A stretch of DNA of 64,000 nt from Octopus sinensis (GCF_006345805.1 NC_043020.1:26102001-26166000); one strand, 5' to 3'; positions 25,727 through 40,144 are shown, counted from the stretch's first letter. Numbers and translations are program-made. The notes: generated from the letters alone by a model not told the origin.

Positions 25727-26268
25727 GGTGTGTAAATATATAGGTATATATATAGATAGATATATAGTTATATGTATAGAGATATATATAGGTGTCTGTG
25801 GAGTACCTGCTTTCTGGATTACATATGTATATAATCGTTGGTATATGTTTTGTACGTATATATATATATGTATGTGTGTATATATGTAATTTAAATGGCT
25901 AGGTAAAATGCATTCGTGTCTACGTATGTGTATAAGTAGGTAAAAATGTGTCTGTGTATATAATATATATATATATAAAAGAGAATATGTATGTGTATTT
26001 GTGTTTTGGAATATAGATATATGTAGGTTTAGGATTTTGACGCATGTAATCGAAGAAAACCCGGCAAATTATATATATATATATACATGAAAAAAAACAC
26101 ACACATACACACAGAGGCGGGCACACGTCGCAAGACGGTGGCAGTCAAGCTGTCAGTTGAGTCCGTAAGGTGGCGACAGCTTCGCTTACAAGAACAACGA
26201 AAGCAACAACAACAATTACAACAATAAAGGTTCTTTTTTTTGTTTGTTAGTTTTTGCTTTTTTTTTAG

Positions 26269-26688
26269 CCACCGACGACAGCGACCTCTGGTGTGATGAC
26301 AACGACGACGACGAAAAGTGTGGCGGCGATGAAGAGGCAGCCGACGATGACAACGATGATGATGATGACAAAAATACCAACAACAACAACAGCAGCAACA
26401 TCAACAGCAGCAGCAGCGGTAATAACACCATCAGCAGCAGCGGAAGAAGCAGCAGCAGCAGCTGGTTGTATGACGACGACGACGATGACGACGGCGATGA
26501 CAATGATGACAGCAGGAACGGTAACAACGGTAGCAGCGCCACCGCCGCAGTCGCCGCCACCATCAGCAGCATCATCATCAGCAGCAGCAATCGCAGCAGC
26601 AGCAGCAGCATCAGCAACAACAACAACAGCAGCGTTATCTTCGATGGAAATGTCGAAAATAATGCTGATGGTGAATTCGACACAACAG

Positions 26689-26729
<41 letters not shown>

Positions 26730-27369
26730 GCAGCAGCAATTACTGCCAACAGCAGCAGCAGCAGCAACAACAGCTGTAGCAGCCACTGCCGCCGTCACGG
26801 CGACCGCCACGACCACCACAACGACGGCCACGACAACAATATTACCAGCAGCAGCAGCAGCAACAACCTCAGCAGCAATGGTTGTTGTTGTCAAGAAAGA
26901 CGACAACAACGCCAACAACAACAACAACACCACAACAACAACAATAAACACAACACCAATTAGTAATACTACTAATAATAATAATACTAACAACAGCAAC
27001 AACAACAGGTCGGCCAATACGGCGACGACGACCTGTGCCTCCCCAGTTGCCGTTAACTTTTATAACGGTAATGTTAATAGTAACAGTAGTAGTAGTAGTA
27101 ATTCTAGTAGTATTAGTAGTAGTAGTAATAGTAATAGCTGTAGTAGTAATAATAATAATAATAGTACAAATAATATTCTTAATAACAACGGTTGTTTTAA
27201 TAGCAACAACAACAATAATAATAATAATACTAAGCAGAACAACAACAACGACGCTTTACGGAAGGAGTCCAAGTTGGAACGTGTGGTTGGTATCTCTACT
27301 TTACAAAACGGGGAGCAAGGATTGACTAACGGAGATAATATACTAAACGACCACCAACAAGGAGAAGAG
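26269..27369 (+). CDS. Second tandem copy of the same exon (367 codons, phase 0-0)
   Basis: Same acceptor (ag at 26267-26268) and donor (gtaagt at 27370). Differs from copy 1 mainly in homopolymer-run lengths. May be an uncollapsed haplotype. Confidence 0.5.
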
Positions 27370-28434
27370 GTAAGTTATAAATATATATATATAGATAGAT
27401 ATATGTGTGTGTTTGTGTGGGTGTGTAAATATATAGGTATATATATAGATAGATATATAGTTATATGTATAGAGAGATATATAGGTGTGTGGAGTACCTG
27501 CTTTCTGGATTACATATGTATATAATTGTTGGTATATGTTTTGTACGTATATATATTATATATATGTATATATATATGTGTGTGTTTGTGTAGGTGTGTA
27601 AATATATAGGTATATATATAGATAGATATATAGTTATATGTATAGAGATATATATAGGTGTCTGTGGAGTACCTGCTTTCTGGATTACATATGTATATAA
27701 TCGTTGGTATATGTTTTGTACGTATATATATATATGTATATGTGTGTATATATGTAATTTAAATGGCTAGGTAAAATGCATTTCGTGTCTACGTATGTGT
27801 ATAAGTAGGTAAAAATGTGTCTGTGTATATATATATATATATATATAAAAGAGAATATGTATGTGTATTTGTGTTTAGGAATATAGATATATGTAGGTTT
27901 AGGATTTTGACGCATGTAATCGAAGAAAACCCGGCAAATTATATATATATATATTTATGTATATGTGTGTGTATATATGTATATATATATATATGTTGGT
28001 TCGCTGTTTTGGTGCATGTAAGAAAATCCGGCAATTTGTATGTGTGTATATAAATATATATATTAAATTTATATATGTATGTATGCTGTATATCTATCTA
28101 TATATGTATATATATGTGTGTGTGTGTGTGCGTTTGTTTCCCGGTATTATATAAATGCGTGTATATATATGTATATATATAATTGCTTTTAGTACATGAA
28201 GTAGAAATGTGTATATAAATATATAAATATGTGTATATATCTGTTTAATTCCTCGGGTCATATTTTTGTGTGTACCTGTAGGCATATACATACGTTTATT
28301 ATATGTGTATATGTATATACAAGTTCCCGGTTTTATATAAATTTATATAATTAGCTCTCGTGTATGCACAGAAAATAACGGCAAGATATATATGCACACA
28401 TATGTATGTATATTTAACCCGTTATATATATGTG

Positions 28435-28482
<48 letters not shown>

Positions 28483-29299
28483 GTGTGTGCGTAACGGAGT
28501 TGTTGATTTTTGTCTATATGTCCGTGTATGTTTAAAAATAAAATGTTATAAACCCATCCCTTTTTATTCTATTTCGTCCTTTTGCATTATAAATACACCG
28601 TTAATTTAAACACACCATGTGTTCATATAAAAATTTATAACTATGTCTATACATCTTGTACTTCTTCGTCGATACACACACACACCTGAAGTAATTTCGC
28701 TAGTCAAATAAAATACGTGTTTTATATATATATACATACAAAGTATAGTTAAAGTGTGTGTATTGTATATATAACATAATTTAATACTTGTACGTATGTT
28801 TATTACAGAAAACACATATAAATGGGTAATATAGTTTGAATCAAATACGTATGTTCATTCAGGTAGATTATATATTTATATATATATCTACACACAGACA
28901 TGTGCTGTGTATATATAATACGTTTTGTTAATTATCGGTGCGTCTATATATATATATATACATAAATATATCAACATATGTATATATATATAGCTATATA
29001 TAATACCTTTATTCTCTACTAGTTTATAAATATTTTTTTTTGTTTCACATTGTCGTGTCTTATAACTCTTTCGTTCTACCTTGATTTTTACCTGAACTTC
29101 CCCACCTCCCCATTTCGTGTCACAAATACGTGTTTGTATATATATATATACACACACATATTCTTATTGTTCTTTACTGTCAGTTACAGCCTGTTTAAAT
29201 TATCGTTTATTATTATTATTATTAAGCTGTTTTCGTTTTATTCATATTCTTTATCCACTCCACCTGTCCTTGCAAGTTAACCAAAAACAACAAAATTTT

Positions 29300-30140
29300 T
29301 GTTTTAAAAAAAAAACCACACGTATTAGCACAACTCTTACTTTCTCTCTTTCACAATCCTATCCCTCTCTCTCTCACTCACTCTCTATATATCCATCCTC
29401 CTTCCTTTCTCTCACATACTTTTTCTGTCTATCTCTCATCTCTCGCTCTCCTATCCTCTCCACACAGTTTATCTTCCTTTCAACACACAAACTATAACTC
29501 TCTCTTTACACCTTGTCTCTATCTATCCTCCTTTCTCTCCCTCTTATACACATCTCTCTCTCTCTCTCATGCACAATCTATGTATCTCTCTGCTTCTCTA
29601 TCACAGTCTGTTTCTCTCTCTCTCGCCTTTTCTCTCACGCTGTTTCTGTCTCTCTTTCTCTCGCTCTCATTCCCTCTTTAACATAGTTTGTCTCTCTCTC
29701 TCACCTCTCTCTCTCTACATATTTCTTTTACCCTTTCTCTTCTCTTTAACACAATTTCTCTCTCTCTTTCTAATACAGTCTGTCCGTCTCTCATCACAAA
29801 CACAGCCTCTCTCTCTCTTTCTCTCTCTCTCTCACCTTGCTTCTCTAAAACAGCCTGTATATCTCTCTTTCTATCTCTTACTCACTCTCACATTATTCCT
29901 CTTTCTCCCTTTTTTTTTACACTTTCTAACACTAACTCTCTCTCTCTCTCCATCTCTTACTATCTTTTCGTCAGTTTCTACCACTCTCCTCTCACTATCC
30001 CTCACAAACGTTCTATCTCGCTCTCTCTCTCTCCTCCTCCTCCTCTCAATCTGTCTATCTCTCAGTTTAATCTCTTCTTCATACAGATTATCTCTCTCTT
30101 TCTCTCTCTCTCTCTCAAACATTATATCGTAGGTTAACAA
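29300..30140. repeat. Pyrimidine-rich (TC)-type low-complexity tract
   Basis: Direct inspection. Confidence 0.9.
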
Positions 30141-30211
30141 GAATAATCGTTCAAATAATTTAATTAATGCATGGATATATAAATATACACTTACATACGT
30201 GCACGTGTGTG

Positions 30212-30249
<38 letters not shown>

Positions 30250-30972
30250 ATAGACACACACGTGTATATATATATATATATATACACACGCGAACACTTT
30301 CCTGCTTTACATATATAAATACCAATGGAAAAGGGAGAATTGTGTGTGTTTACATGCGTATATTTGTTTCTATATGTGTATGTATATATGTGTACGTGTA
30401 TGATTTTATGTATATAAATATGTGTGTGTGTGTGTGTGTATACACATACACCCGCTTCATCGTGTTCTGTGTATATAAGGTGTATTAGCGACACGAGGAA
30501 TATAGATTCTGTTGATATCAAAGAGAACTTCATTTTCTAACATAATTATATTCATAGCGTGTGTGTATATAATAATAATAATGATAATAATATAAATAAT
30601 ATATATATATGCATATATACATACATATATATGCATATAAGGGTACAGGACGTCAAAAAAAACGTGAACAAAATGAAACGAGAACAAAAAACAAAAGCAT
30701 GGAAAATGAACTATATATATATATATATACACACATGCTTGCATGCACACACATTTATATGCCTACTGTACTTTTATGCTTTCGATATGCGTGTATAATT
30801 CACGGTAAAAGTGTTATATAGTGGTGTGTATTAAGTCAAGATACACACATATATTGTCTATAAGTTTATGGTGTCTGCGTTGCTTATTAGTATATAAAAA
30901 TCTTGTTTGTATTTATATATATAATATATACACACTTTTATCCTGTAAAACTTGATACACAAATACACACGC

Positions 30973-30974
<2 letters not shown>

Positions 30975-31041
<67 letters not shown>

Positions 31042-31178
31042 CCTATTTATCTATCAATCTACCTATCTATCTATCCATCTACCTATCTATCTATCCATCT
31101 ACCTATCTATCTATCAATCTACCTATCAATCTACCTATCTATCTATCAATCTACCTATCTATCTACCTATCTATCTAC

Positions 31179-31209
<31 letters not shown>

Positions 31210-31210
31210 G
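30975..31210. repeat. (TCTA)n microsatellite with variant units
   Basis: Direct inspection. Confidence 0.95.
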
Positions 31211-31530
31211 ATGTGTGTATATATCTGTGTGTAAACACTAAGAGGCTTATATATTTATATAGTTGTGTGTGTTAGTGAGAGAGAGAGAGAGATATATATA
31301 TAAATAAAAGGGTTTGCTGCGCGTGTTTCGTCTTGTGAACACAGAAAAGAGCACCTGTGAAGCAATTATACAGTTCAACACACGCAAACACACACATTCT
31401 CTCACTGACACACGCACACACACACAACTGTGGCTTCTCTTTTAAGGTTCTTTTCTTTTTATCAATAAAGCTTCGAAAAATCTTTCGCTACTTTGTTAAC
31501 AGATGTATTCATGTACTTGCGTGTAACGTG

Positions 31531-31563
<33 letters not shown>

Positions 31564-31685
31564 TTGAGCGTTAGTGAATGTGTGTATATGTACACACATG
31601 TATATATACACACATGTACCTTCGTTTTGCTACATACTTCCACCTGCTTCAATCGTTCTTCTCTCGCCTCTTTCATTCTTTTAGT

Positions 31686-31748
<63 letters not shown>

Positions 31749-32023
31749 ATGTTTATGCATATGTGTATCTACGTATATGTGTGTGTGAATGTGTATCTGT
31801 CAATGAATGAAGTACCTGTTGCGTACTGGGGTCGATCTAATCGACTGCCCCGCCTCCCCCAAAATTTCAGGTCTTGTGAATATAAATATTGATATGTGTA
31901 TATACATGTGTGTATATATAATGTTTATGTATGTATACACATGTGTGTATAAATAATGTTTATTGCATGTGTGTGTGCGTGTCAATATAAATAATGTTGA
32001 TGTATATATTGTATACATATGTA

Positions 32024-32054
<31 letters not shown>

Positions 32055-32728
32055 TACGAGGTGGAAGCGCTTGCATAGGTATATGAATATGTCTCTTGGG
32101 ACGTAAATATGTGTGTGTATGTGCATTTATTAATATAAATACACTTGTATCTGTATATATCTACGTATTTATACTTGTGTATATTATAATATTATATGTG
32201 TATATTTTTCTTGGGTGTGTATTATAGAAATATTATATGAGTGCACATACGAATATATAAATGTTTGCGTATATATATATGAATATGGGTGTACGTATTT
32301 GTGTGTGTATATATGTACACACACACACATATATATATATACACAATACATATTCTGTATATGTATGTATACAATATGCATAAAAAATATTTTGTATGTA
32401 TGTATGCATAAATGTATTGTGTGTGTATATATCTGTGTGTACATACATATATACACGCGCGCACATATTCTCATATGTAATTAACATCAATTTTGATTTG
32501 CTTTCGAAATTGCATGTTCATTTTTTCTCTCTCTCTCTCTGCAAACACATGCATATAGACATATACAGTTCCATACACACACACTTCTCACTGACGCATA
32601 CATATATACACAGACGCGTCACGCACATACATACACACGTGAACAATATTTCACACATATTTTACACACACACACACACATGCGCTTATATACACGCACA
32701 CACGTGCTATCTCTCACACGCACATTAT

Positions 32729-32768
<40 letters not shown>

Positions 32769-32954
32769 AACACATATCCGTATAGAAGTCCACTCAAACA
32801 TACATACACTCTTATGCTCTTACATATACGTACACACGTGCTCACTCTCTCTCTAAATCAGTCCACATAGACTTGTGCAAGTACATGCACACACACACAC
32901 ATACTCTCTCTCAGACACACATACTCTCACTCACATATCACAGATACATTCACT

Positions 32955-32992
<38 letters not shown>

Positions 32993-33199
32993 TTCTCTCT
33001 CTCACACACCCATTCATACACACATCATCAGAAACTTATGCACTTACACATACGTACACGTGCTCGCTCACACACACACACAACACACATTCTCACACAT
33101 ACCCGCCATTTCTCTCTAACACATACACACACACAATCAGAGTTCAATTATTAATTTACTAAATTAATATTAATTGCAACAACAGCAACTCGAAACTCA

Positions 33200-33590
33200 A
33201 ATATAATCTATTCAACATTATTACCATCTGTGGTATAGGTGGTAGTAGTGGTATTGTTGGTGACGGTTGCGATGGTGGGGGTTGTGTTAAAGATTATTGT
33301 GGTGGTGGTGGTGATGACGATGCTAGTAGTGGTGGTCATTATTCTGGTAATGGTTGTGTTGATGATTGTGATAGTGGTAGTATTGGTGTTGGTGATAGTG
33401 GTAATGGTAGTGGCTGCTGTTGTGGTAGTGATGTTTGTAGTGGTGGTGGTGATGATTATGGTTGTGGTGGTGACGGTTGCGATTGTTATGGTGGTGCCGT
33501 TGATAGCTGCGATGGTTGTAGTTTTGGTAGTGGTTGTGGTGGTGATGATCATGTTGGTGGTGGTAGTGATGGTCGTGATAGTAATTAAAA
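33200..33590. repeat. Degenerate (GGT/GAT/AGT) trinucleotide tract
   Basis: Direct inspection. Source of the poly-T and poly-V ORFs. Confidence 0.88.
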
Positions 33591-33709
33591 TTTCAAAAAT
33601 ATCATTTAGGGTTACCCGCCCACTCTGAAAAACTCATTCGTTAAGGCCGGGTCAGAGCGCCCCACAGCTCTACTTCTCATCATACATTGTCTGTACTCGT
33701 TTTATAGGC

Positions 33710-34050
33710 GTGACAGTGTGGTATGAAGCTTGCTTACCAACCACATGGTTCCGAGTTCAGTTCCACTATATGACACCTTGCCTCGGGCCAACCAAAGCCT
33801 TGCGAGTGGATTTGGTAGACGGAAACTGAAAGAAGCCCGACGTATACATATGTATATATCTATGTGTGTGCGTGTTGACAACCGGTGTTGGTATGTCTAC
33901 GTCCCCTTAACCTAGCGGCCCGGCAAAAGCGACGCGGCATTACAAAAAAAAAATTCTGGGTTGGGTCGATTTGTTCGACTAAAACCTTTCAAGGTGATGC
34001 TCCGGCATGGCCGCAATCAAATAACTGAAACAAGATAACAGATAAAAGCT
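33710..34050 (+). mobile_element. SINE family B
   Basis: gtgtggtatgaagcttgcttaccaaccacatggttcc...ggatttggtagacggaaactg...catggccgcaatcaaataactgaaacaag. Confidence 0.8.
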
Positions 34051-34169
34051 ATTTCTTTCAAACTTCCTAATTTGTTAAGAGATGAGGAACAATGTGACTT
34101 TAATAATAATAATAATAATAATATCAAAGATACCTTAGGAATGAGAACCCCGGTTCGAAATTTCCCCAA

Positions 34170-34215
34170 GACACCTGATGAAGGCTGGAGGGTATATCAG
34201 TCGAAACGTTATGTT
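34170..34215 (+). ncRNA. Minimal type-I hammerhead motif
   Basis: gacac-CTGATGA-A-GGCTGG(agggtata)TCAGTC-GAAA-CGT-T-atgtt. Stem I has a mismatch at the first pair, so this copy may be impaired. Confidence 0.62.
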
Positions 34216-35616
34216 AACAACAAACAAGATGAGGACAAATATCCGTCAAATGTAAATAATGTTCCTAATTTGTTTTTCACACAGAATACTTTGTGTAACG
34301 TTGAACCATGTTGCAGAAAGAAACTAAGCTTTTTCTTGCAGTGTATCCTCCCGAAACAAAATTTTATCCTGGACCTTTTAAATAATACTGCGGATTCCCT
34401 ATTTGCTAATTTGGAAAAGACTTCCGCACCCCTACCCCATCCCCATTTTCTCAAAAAAAAATTTTTTTTTGTACTTTTTTTTTGCCAAAAATCCCCGTTT
34501 TCGGATACGGAGGTTCCGGAAAATTTCCAAAAATCGGCATTGTGAAATACCTCCCGTTCCCCTAACTTCTTCAATTTTGACTTTTTTCCCCAACACTAAC
34601 CCTAAAACCCTAAACGTAAGTTCAGAAATGTTTTGAAATTTTTGTCCGAATCATGATGTCCGTATTTTCCCGCATATTTTGAAAAAAAAAATGTGAAAAA
34701 AGTTTAAAATGAAGGAAATAGGGGTGGCGTGGTAAATTAGAAAGGTCGATTTTTGCCAGTTTTTTTACAGATTCGTATTCCCCGTAGCCGAAAAGGCGGG
34801 GGCTTGTGTCGAAAAAAAAATTTTTTTAAGGGTGGTATTTTGAGGGAGGAGGATGGGCGGAAGTCTTGCCCTATTTTGCTTGCTTGGCCCTCCAAAAATC
34901 TCATATCTTTTCTAGTAAACGCACAAAACCTGAAATGTTGGAGGAGGCGGGTGGCTAATCGATTACTTCGACCCCATTGTTTCACTGGTACTTAATTTAT
35001 CGACCCCCGAAAGGATGAAAGGCAAAGTCGACCTCGTCGGAATTTGAACTCATAATGTAGCGACGGACGAAATACTGCCAAGCATTTCGTCCAGCGTGCT
35101 AACGATTCTTCCAACTCGCTGCCAAAAATCTTATATGGACCCTCAGGCAGCTCCATCGCGTGACTTTCAGAGGCCACCTGCAACTTTTTGTTTCGAGGTC
35201 CCATCCGTTCAGTCAAAATTCATAATCAACGCACCTTTTATTCATGGCTATATTTTACTTTATTCTATCTGAAGTTCAATATTTCGCGTTATCCTAAAGA
35301 ACATCTTTAAAAGTACAAGTTAAATTTATTTAGGTCTATTACAAATTTCAATAAGTAAGTCTTCCAGATACGAATAAAAGAGCACTTTTATAATCCAGAC
35401 AACTTTCAAAGACAAACACGACGCACTTTTCGCTTTGCAAAATCATCGATCCGTTCAGAATAATGAAGCTGAGAGCTAAGTTCGTGTTCAAAAGATATCA
35501 TAGACAATCTATAAAGTCTGGTACACGTTTGTGGTACAATGTAAGACTTTTACAAGAACTTTTGCAGGTACAATGTATTGCCATTTTATTTCTTCGGATT
35601 TTCAGTTAACATAGAT

Positions 35617-35800
35617 CAGGGGTTCCCAACTGGTGGTTCCCGGACCCCTGGAGCGGGGGGTCGCGCGTAGCCTTGCTAGAAGTAGCTTGGGATAATATTA
35701 ATTTCAACTCATCAATTATATTTTTTATGATCTGCTGATAGTAGTGGGTTTCAAGCTTTTGGTTAAGGGGTCGCGATTCCAAAAACGTTGGGAACCGCTG
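35617..35800. mobile_element. hAT/Charlie-type MITE
   Basis: TIRs CAGGGGTTCCCAA / TTGGGAACCGCTG with a near-perfect 8-bp TSD (acatagat 35609-35616, acgtagat 35801-35808). Confidence 0.8.
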
Positions 35801-36039
35801 ACGTAGATAGTTTAATTCTTGTTCAGCATCTTAACCAAAGTAAATAGATGAGTAATCTACGTAGTTTGATCTTATCATGGGGCCCCTCAACTACGAGGAC
35901 AGCCTGTGACCGCAGGGGTTGCAAGGGCTTATTGACGGCCCTGTCCACAGGAGTCATATGGAACCCAGTTGAGAACCACTGGTCTGGACAGAACTATTTA
36001 TCTCGTAAGTTATTTCTAACATCATCCTGTGATGCATTT

Positions 36040-36470
36040 GAGAAGTATCATTGGTGATGTTTCCAGGGATCATCAAGTGTTTCGGGTCTTTCGACATCAG
36101 ACACCCTAAGCCAGGTGACCAATCCGGGGTCGATGAAGCCCCCACCCCCAGTTTGTGTTACCCAGTTAGCATTACCCCTGTTAGCAATTGCCCTTTAAGG
36201 GCTCGCATCTCTTAATCCACAGTTACCTTGAAGCAACCTCTGCTGCCTCGACAGGCCACCTGATGGCCCTCTGTCCACTAGTACTGGCCCTTGTGATGCT
36301 CAGCATGTTGTTACGCTTTGCAGAGGGACTGACATGCAAACCCTCTGCATCCCACCTCGATGGGATCGCACCTTGCATGTCACCCATTGCTTTGACATAA
36401 TTCCACCAGCTCAACATATTTCCTTCTTTTATTCTCGTTAGCCTCTTCGGTGCAGTCCTCCAAGATGTCG
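36040..36470 (-). mobile_element. 3' fragment of a HERO-like restriction-like-endonuclease non-LTR retrotransposon
   Basis: Minus translation EEANENKRRKYVELVELCQSNG*HARCDPIEVGCRGFACQSLCKA, then in a shifted frame EAAEVASR*LWIKR, then a 3' UTR. Confidence 0.7.
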
Positions 36471-37259
36471 AAGAAATCCAACAGAACCACCTACTGTTAA
36501 ACTGTATCCGGCTCTGTTCCGACTATAAATTAATTCGGTTGCGTATCCCCACCTCCGCTCAAACAAACACTGAAGCAGTCCCTTGTCACGCTTCTGATAA
36601 CTTACAAAACTATACGCATCCCAGAGTTGGATCCTTTTTTCCACCTTGTTGAAACTATATAAGCGCTCTGGCTCCTTTCTCTTTTTTATTTTTCTCTCTC
36701 TCCCACAATAGTCTGGCCAGATTCCTTCAGTCCCCATGTATTCCCCAACCTCGTGAGTGGCTAGGGTGATAGTTTCAAGAGGTAGGGCATATCAAAAACT
36801 TAGCATTGTCCGCTTTGGAGACCCAGCATATGGTAACCTCTTCTGCTAACCCTAACTCATTTCCGATCAGGGAGATCTTTTGATCTCCCCATCCTTTGAT
36901 TCTGAGGTCGAGCACAAAGCGGGTTTTTTGGCCATCGTCCGATCTGCGATAGATGATGAATCGACGTTGCTATCTAGAGAGGAACTGCCGGATACTACTC
37001 GTTCTTTTTTACTTTTCTTTTTCTGTTTTTGTTTTTTCCAGTTCTTCAGGGCAGAAATCTATCGAGTGGATTTTGCTTCCACGACTGTAACAACTTGGCA
37101 ATCTGTTCTGCAACATTAATTTTATTAGCTTTGACTCAGTGCTCATAACAAGGCACAGATCGAGAATGGCCTTGTGGCCCTGATGAGTTATGAGTTACAA
37201 AGATTTTCAAGTTCATGCTAACCCTTCTCAATCACATATCATTTATCGTTACTCATGAG

Positions 37260-37950
37260 CTTATCTCCTATCAGAAGCAACCATAATTACACTTTCCGGC
37301 TGGACTCCCAAGCGTGACCAATTGAGACTATGGACATTGTCCAACCATTTCATTCATGCTCTGACCTTTAGGTCTCCTGCTCATTGGCTCAACTAGGAGA
37401 ATCTATCTTGTGATTCCTTCCTATGACATTCTAACCATATGTCCAAACTGGACACACACACATCCAACCAATTATTTTCTCTGCCCACAATTTCGTGGGA
37501 TGGTCATGAGGAGGGGAGAGTTTTCCGGTTGGTTTCCCAAGATGACCAAATGAAACAATAGATATTGTCCACCCATCTCATCCTTGATTTACCCTTGGGT
37601 CTCCTGTTGGTCGAGTCGACTTGGAGAACCCATCTTGTAATTCTTTCCTCCGACATCTAAATCATATATCGGAACTAGAACCACACGCTCATATCAATCC
37701 GTCCTTTCTACCCCAATATTCCTTGGTATGATCACAGGGTTAGATCCTTTAAAAACCTTCTCCATAGGATCCTATCAGAAGCAGCCACCATTACTCTTTC
37801 CTGTTACATTTTCCCATCTACGACTAACTATGGATATTATCCACCCGTCTCGTTCTTGGTCTACCCCTGGGTCTCCTGCCGGTTGAATTGGTTTCAAGAA
37901 TCTTTTGCGATCCTTTCCTGCGACGTTCTGATCACTCGTCTATAGCATTT
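37260..37950 (-). mobile_element. Three diverged RTE-like C-terminal fragments in tandem
   Basis: The middle copy translates RMSEERITRWVLQVDSTNRRPKGKSRMRWVDNI. Homologous blocks lie at ~37335 and ~37825. Confidence 0.55.
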
Positions 37951-38144
37951 GGTCGGTACTGCCCTCTCAGTGCAGAGAAGTTAGGACACGACCTGAAGGG
38001 ACACCCTGATCGCCGAGCTGCGCACCTTGTCAAGTAACGTTATTCAAAGATGCAAGTTTAGAAACGCCGTGGATGAAACTAAACTAAAACCTGTGCGACG
38101 TTTCTGCTTGTGGTCACAAATCTAGTTGTTGTTGTTTATTCTTT

Positions 38145-38890
38145 TACTTGTATCAATCTTTGGTCTGCGGCCATGCTGGGGCACCACCTTTAAAGATTTT
38201 GTCGAACAAATCGACTCTAGCACTTTTTTTTTAATAAGGTGTGCTACTTACTTTATCAAGGACTATTACCGTTATGAGGACGTAAATGAACTAACACCGG
38301 TTATCAACCGGTGGGGCGGGAGGCAAATACAGACACACACATACACGACGCGTTTCCACATAGTTTCCGTCTATAAAATTCATTCACAAGGCATTGGTCT
38401 GCCCAAGGTTATAATAATACAAGACATTTGCCCAAGGTACCGCATAGTGGTACTGAACCTGAAGTCATGGCGTTGCAAAGCATGCCTGCGCCTATATTTA
38501 TCTTTTACTGCGGCCATGCTGGGGCACCACCTAGAAGGATTTTTCATCGAATATATCGACCCCAGGACTTACTTTTTTTAAAGCCCTGGTACTTATATCG
38601 GTTCTTTTGCCGAACCGTTAAGTTACGAGAACGTAAACACACCAGTACCGGTTTTCAAGCGGTGTTGGGGTGGGAAGGGACAAACACAGACACAAAAGAC
38701 CACACACGTACACAAATAAATAAATATATATATATACGACCGGCTTCTTTCAGTTTCCGTCTACCAAATCCACTCACAGGGCTTTGGTTGGTCCGAGGCT
38801 ATAATAGAAGGTGCCACGCAGTGTGACTGAACCTGGAACCATGTGGTTGGGCAACAAGCTTGTTACCACAGAGCCTACGCATACGCCTAC
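38145..38890 (-). mobile_element. Cluster of two SINE family B copies
   Basis: Tail tgactgcggccatgctggggcacc occurs at ~38163 and ~38507, each followed by body and head segments. Confidence 0.75.
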
Positions 38891-39589
38891 CCGAAAATGG
38901 TTTTGATTTTCGAACCATGTGTATTTCTACAAAAGGCAGGCTTTTTGGTGTTTCCTTATTTCGCCATCACAGAATTCAGAATTCTTTCTCTTGTTTTTCT
39001 TTTCTTGCTTTTTCTGGGCATTATTTCGGTGCCTCAACATTATTGCGAATCAAATCGAACTAAATAAAGTTCAAAATGTCAATAAAATCGTATTTGATTG
39101 GGTTAGGTTGGGGAGGGAGGGAGTTGGTTGGCGGTGGGAAGAGAATAAAATGAAATGAAATATATTTGCCTTACGAAATAGCTTTAGATGACACAAAAAG
39201 ATGTAGAAATTACATCCTATTTCTTGTACATCCTTGGAAAATGTCGTTAGCCAAAAGCTAACGGCAACTACGAAATAATAGGATTGTTCAAGCCTACATC
39301 CAATAATAATAATAATGATAATCCTTTCTGCTAAAGGCACAAGGCCTGAGATTTTGCGGGGACGGGGCTAGTCGATTAGATCGATCTCAGTATGTAACTG
39401 GTACTCAATTTATCGACCCCGAAAGGATGAAAGGCAAAGTTGACCTCGGCGGAATTTGAACTCAGAATGTAACGACAAACGAAATATCGCTACGCATATC
39501 GCCTAACGAACTAATGATTCTGCCAGCTAGCCACCTTGATGATAATGATAATAATAATAATAATGATGATGATGATGATGATAGCAGCA

Positions 39590-40144
39590 GCCCTGATGCA
39601 GTAGCTGGTAGTGGATCTTATCGCTTGTCATCTTAACTGATTGGAAGTGTTATCATGTACATTGTTTTGTCTTTGTATAAAAGATGGGCTACAGCAAATA
39701 TTCTGCTCAATACCACAGATTTGCTTGTCAATTATCTGACCATAACCAGTTGAGCATGTCCCTTAATGGCTGACGATATGTGCATCCCTGATCACGAGCA
39801 GAAGTAGTAGGGGTGCATCATAGCCATGTGATGAGAGGAATTCTTTGGGGCTTCGATAATTCACCTTTGGAAACATGGATGTTTTGTTCATCATCCTTAA
39901 ACAACCCTTATTCAGGGACCTTTTGAGCGGGATGGACTACACGATCTGACGAAAATTCTAACTGGGCCCCACCTTCAAGGTCATTTGCTGTTTATCTTGA
40001 TATGAGATCACCATGTCGCGCACATATGGTTGTGATGCACGTGTCTGGTGTACCTTTATCAGACGGGTAGTCATGATGGATATACTGGGCTTCGTATATT
40101 TGTACCCCAGTGTCACTTTGATGGCATGCACTGCTCTCTCACTC
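39590..40144 (+). mobile_element. ~555-bp non-coding interspersed element ending in (AAT)n; copy 1
   Basis: Starts gccctgatgcagta and ends ctctctcactc(aat)n. Homologous end to end, inverted, with 54321-54871. Confidence 0.75.

Noticed and set aside
34590-34615. Interstitial telomere
   Set aside because: Only two or three degenerate hexamers, inside a putative MITE.
36070-36115. gtCTGATGtcgaaagacccGAAAC in the HERO 3' UTR
   Set aside because: The core lacks A9 and the flanking pairing does not give three-way hammerhead topology.
39174-39263. Additional 90-nt minus-strand exon candidate
   Set aside because: Weak donor and acceptor, easily found by chance in AT-rich DNA.
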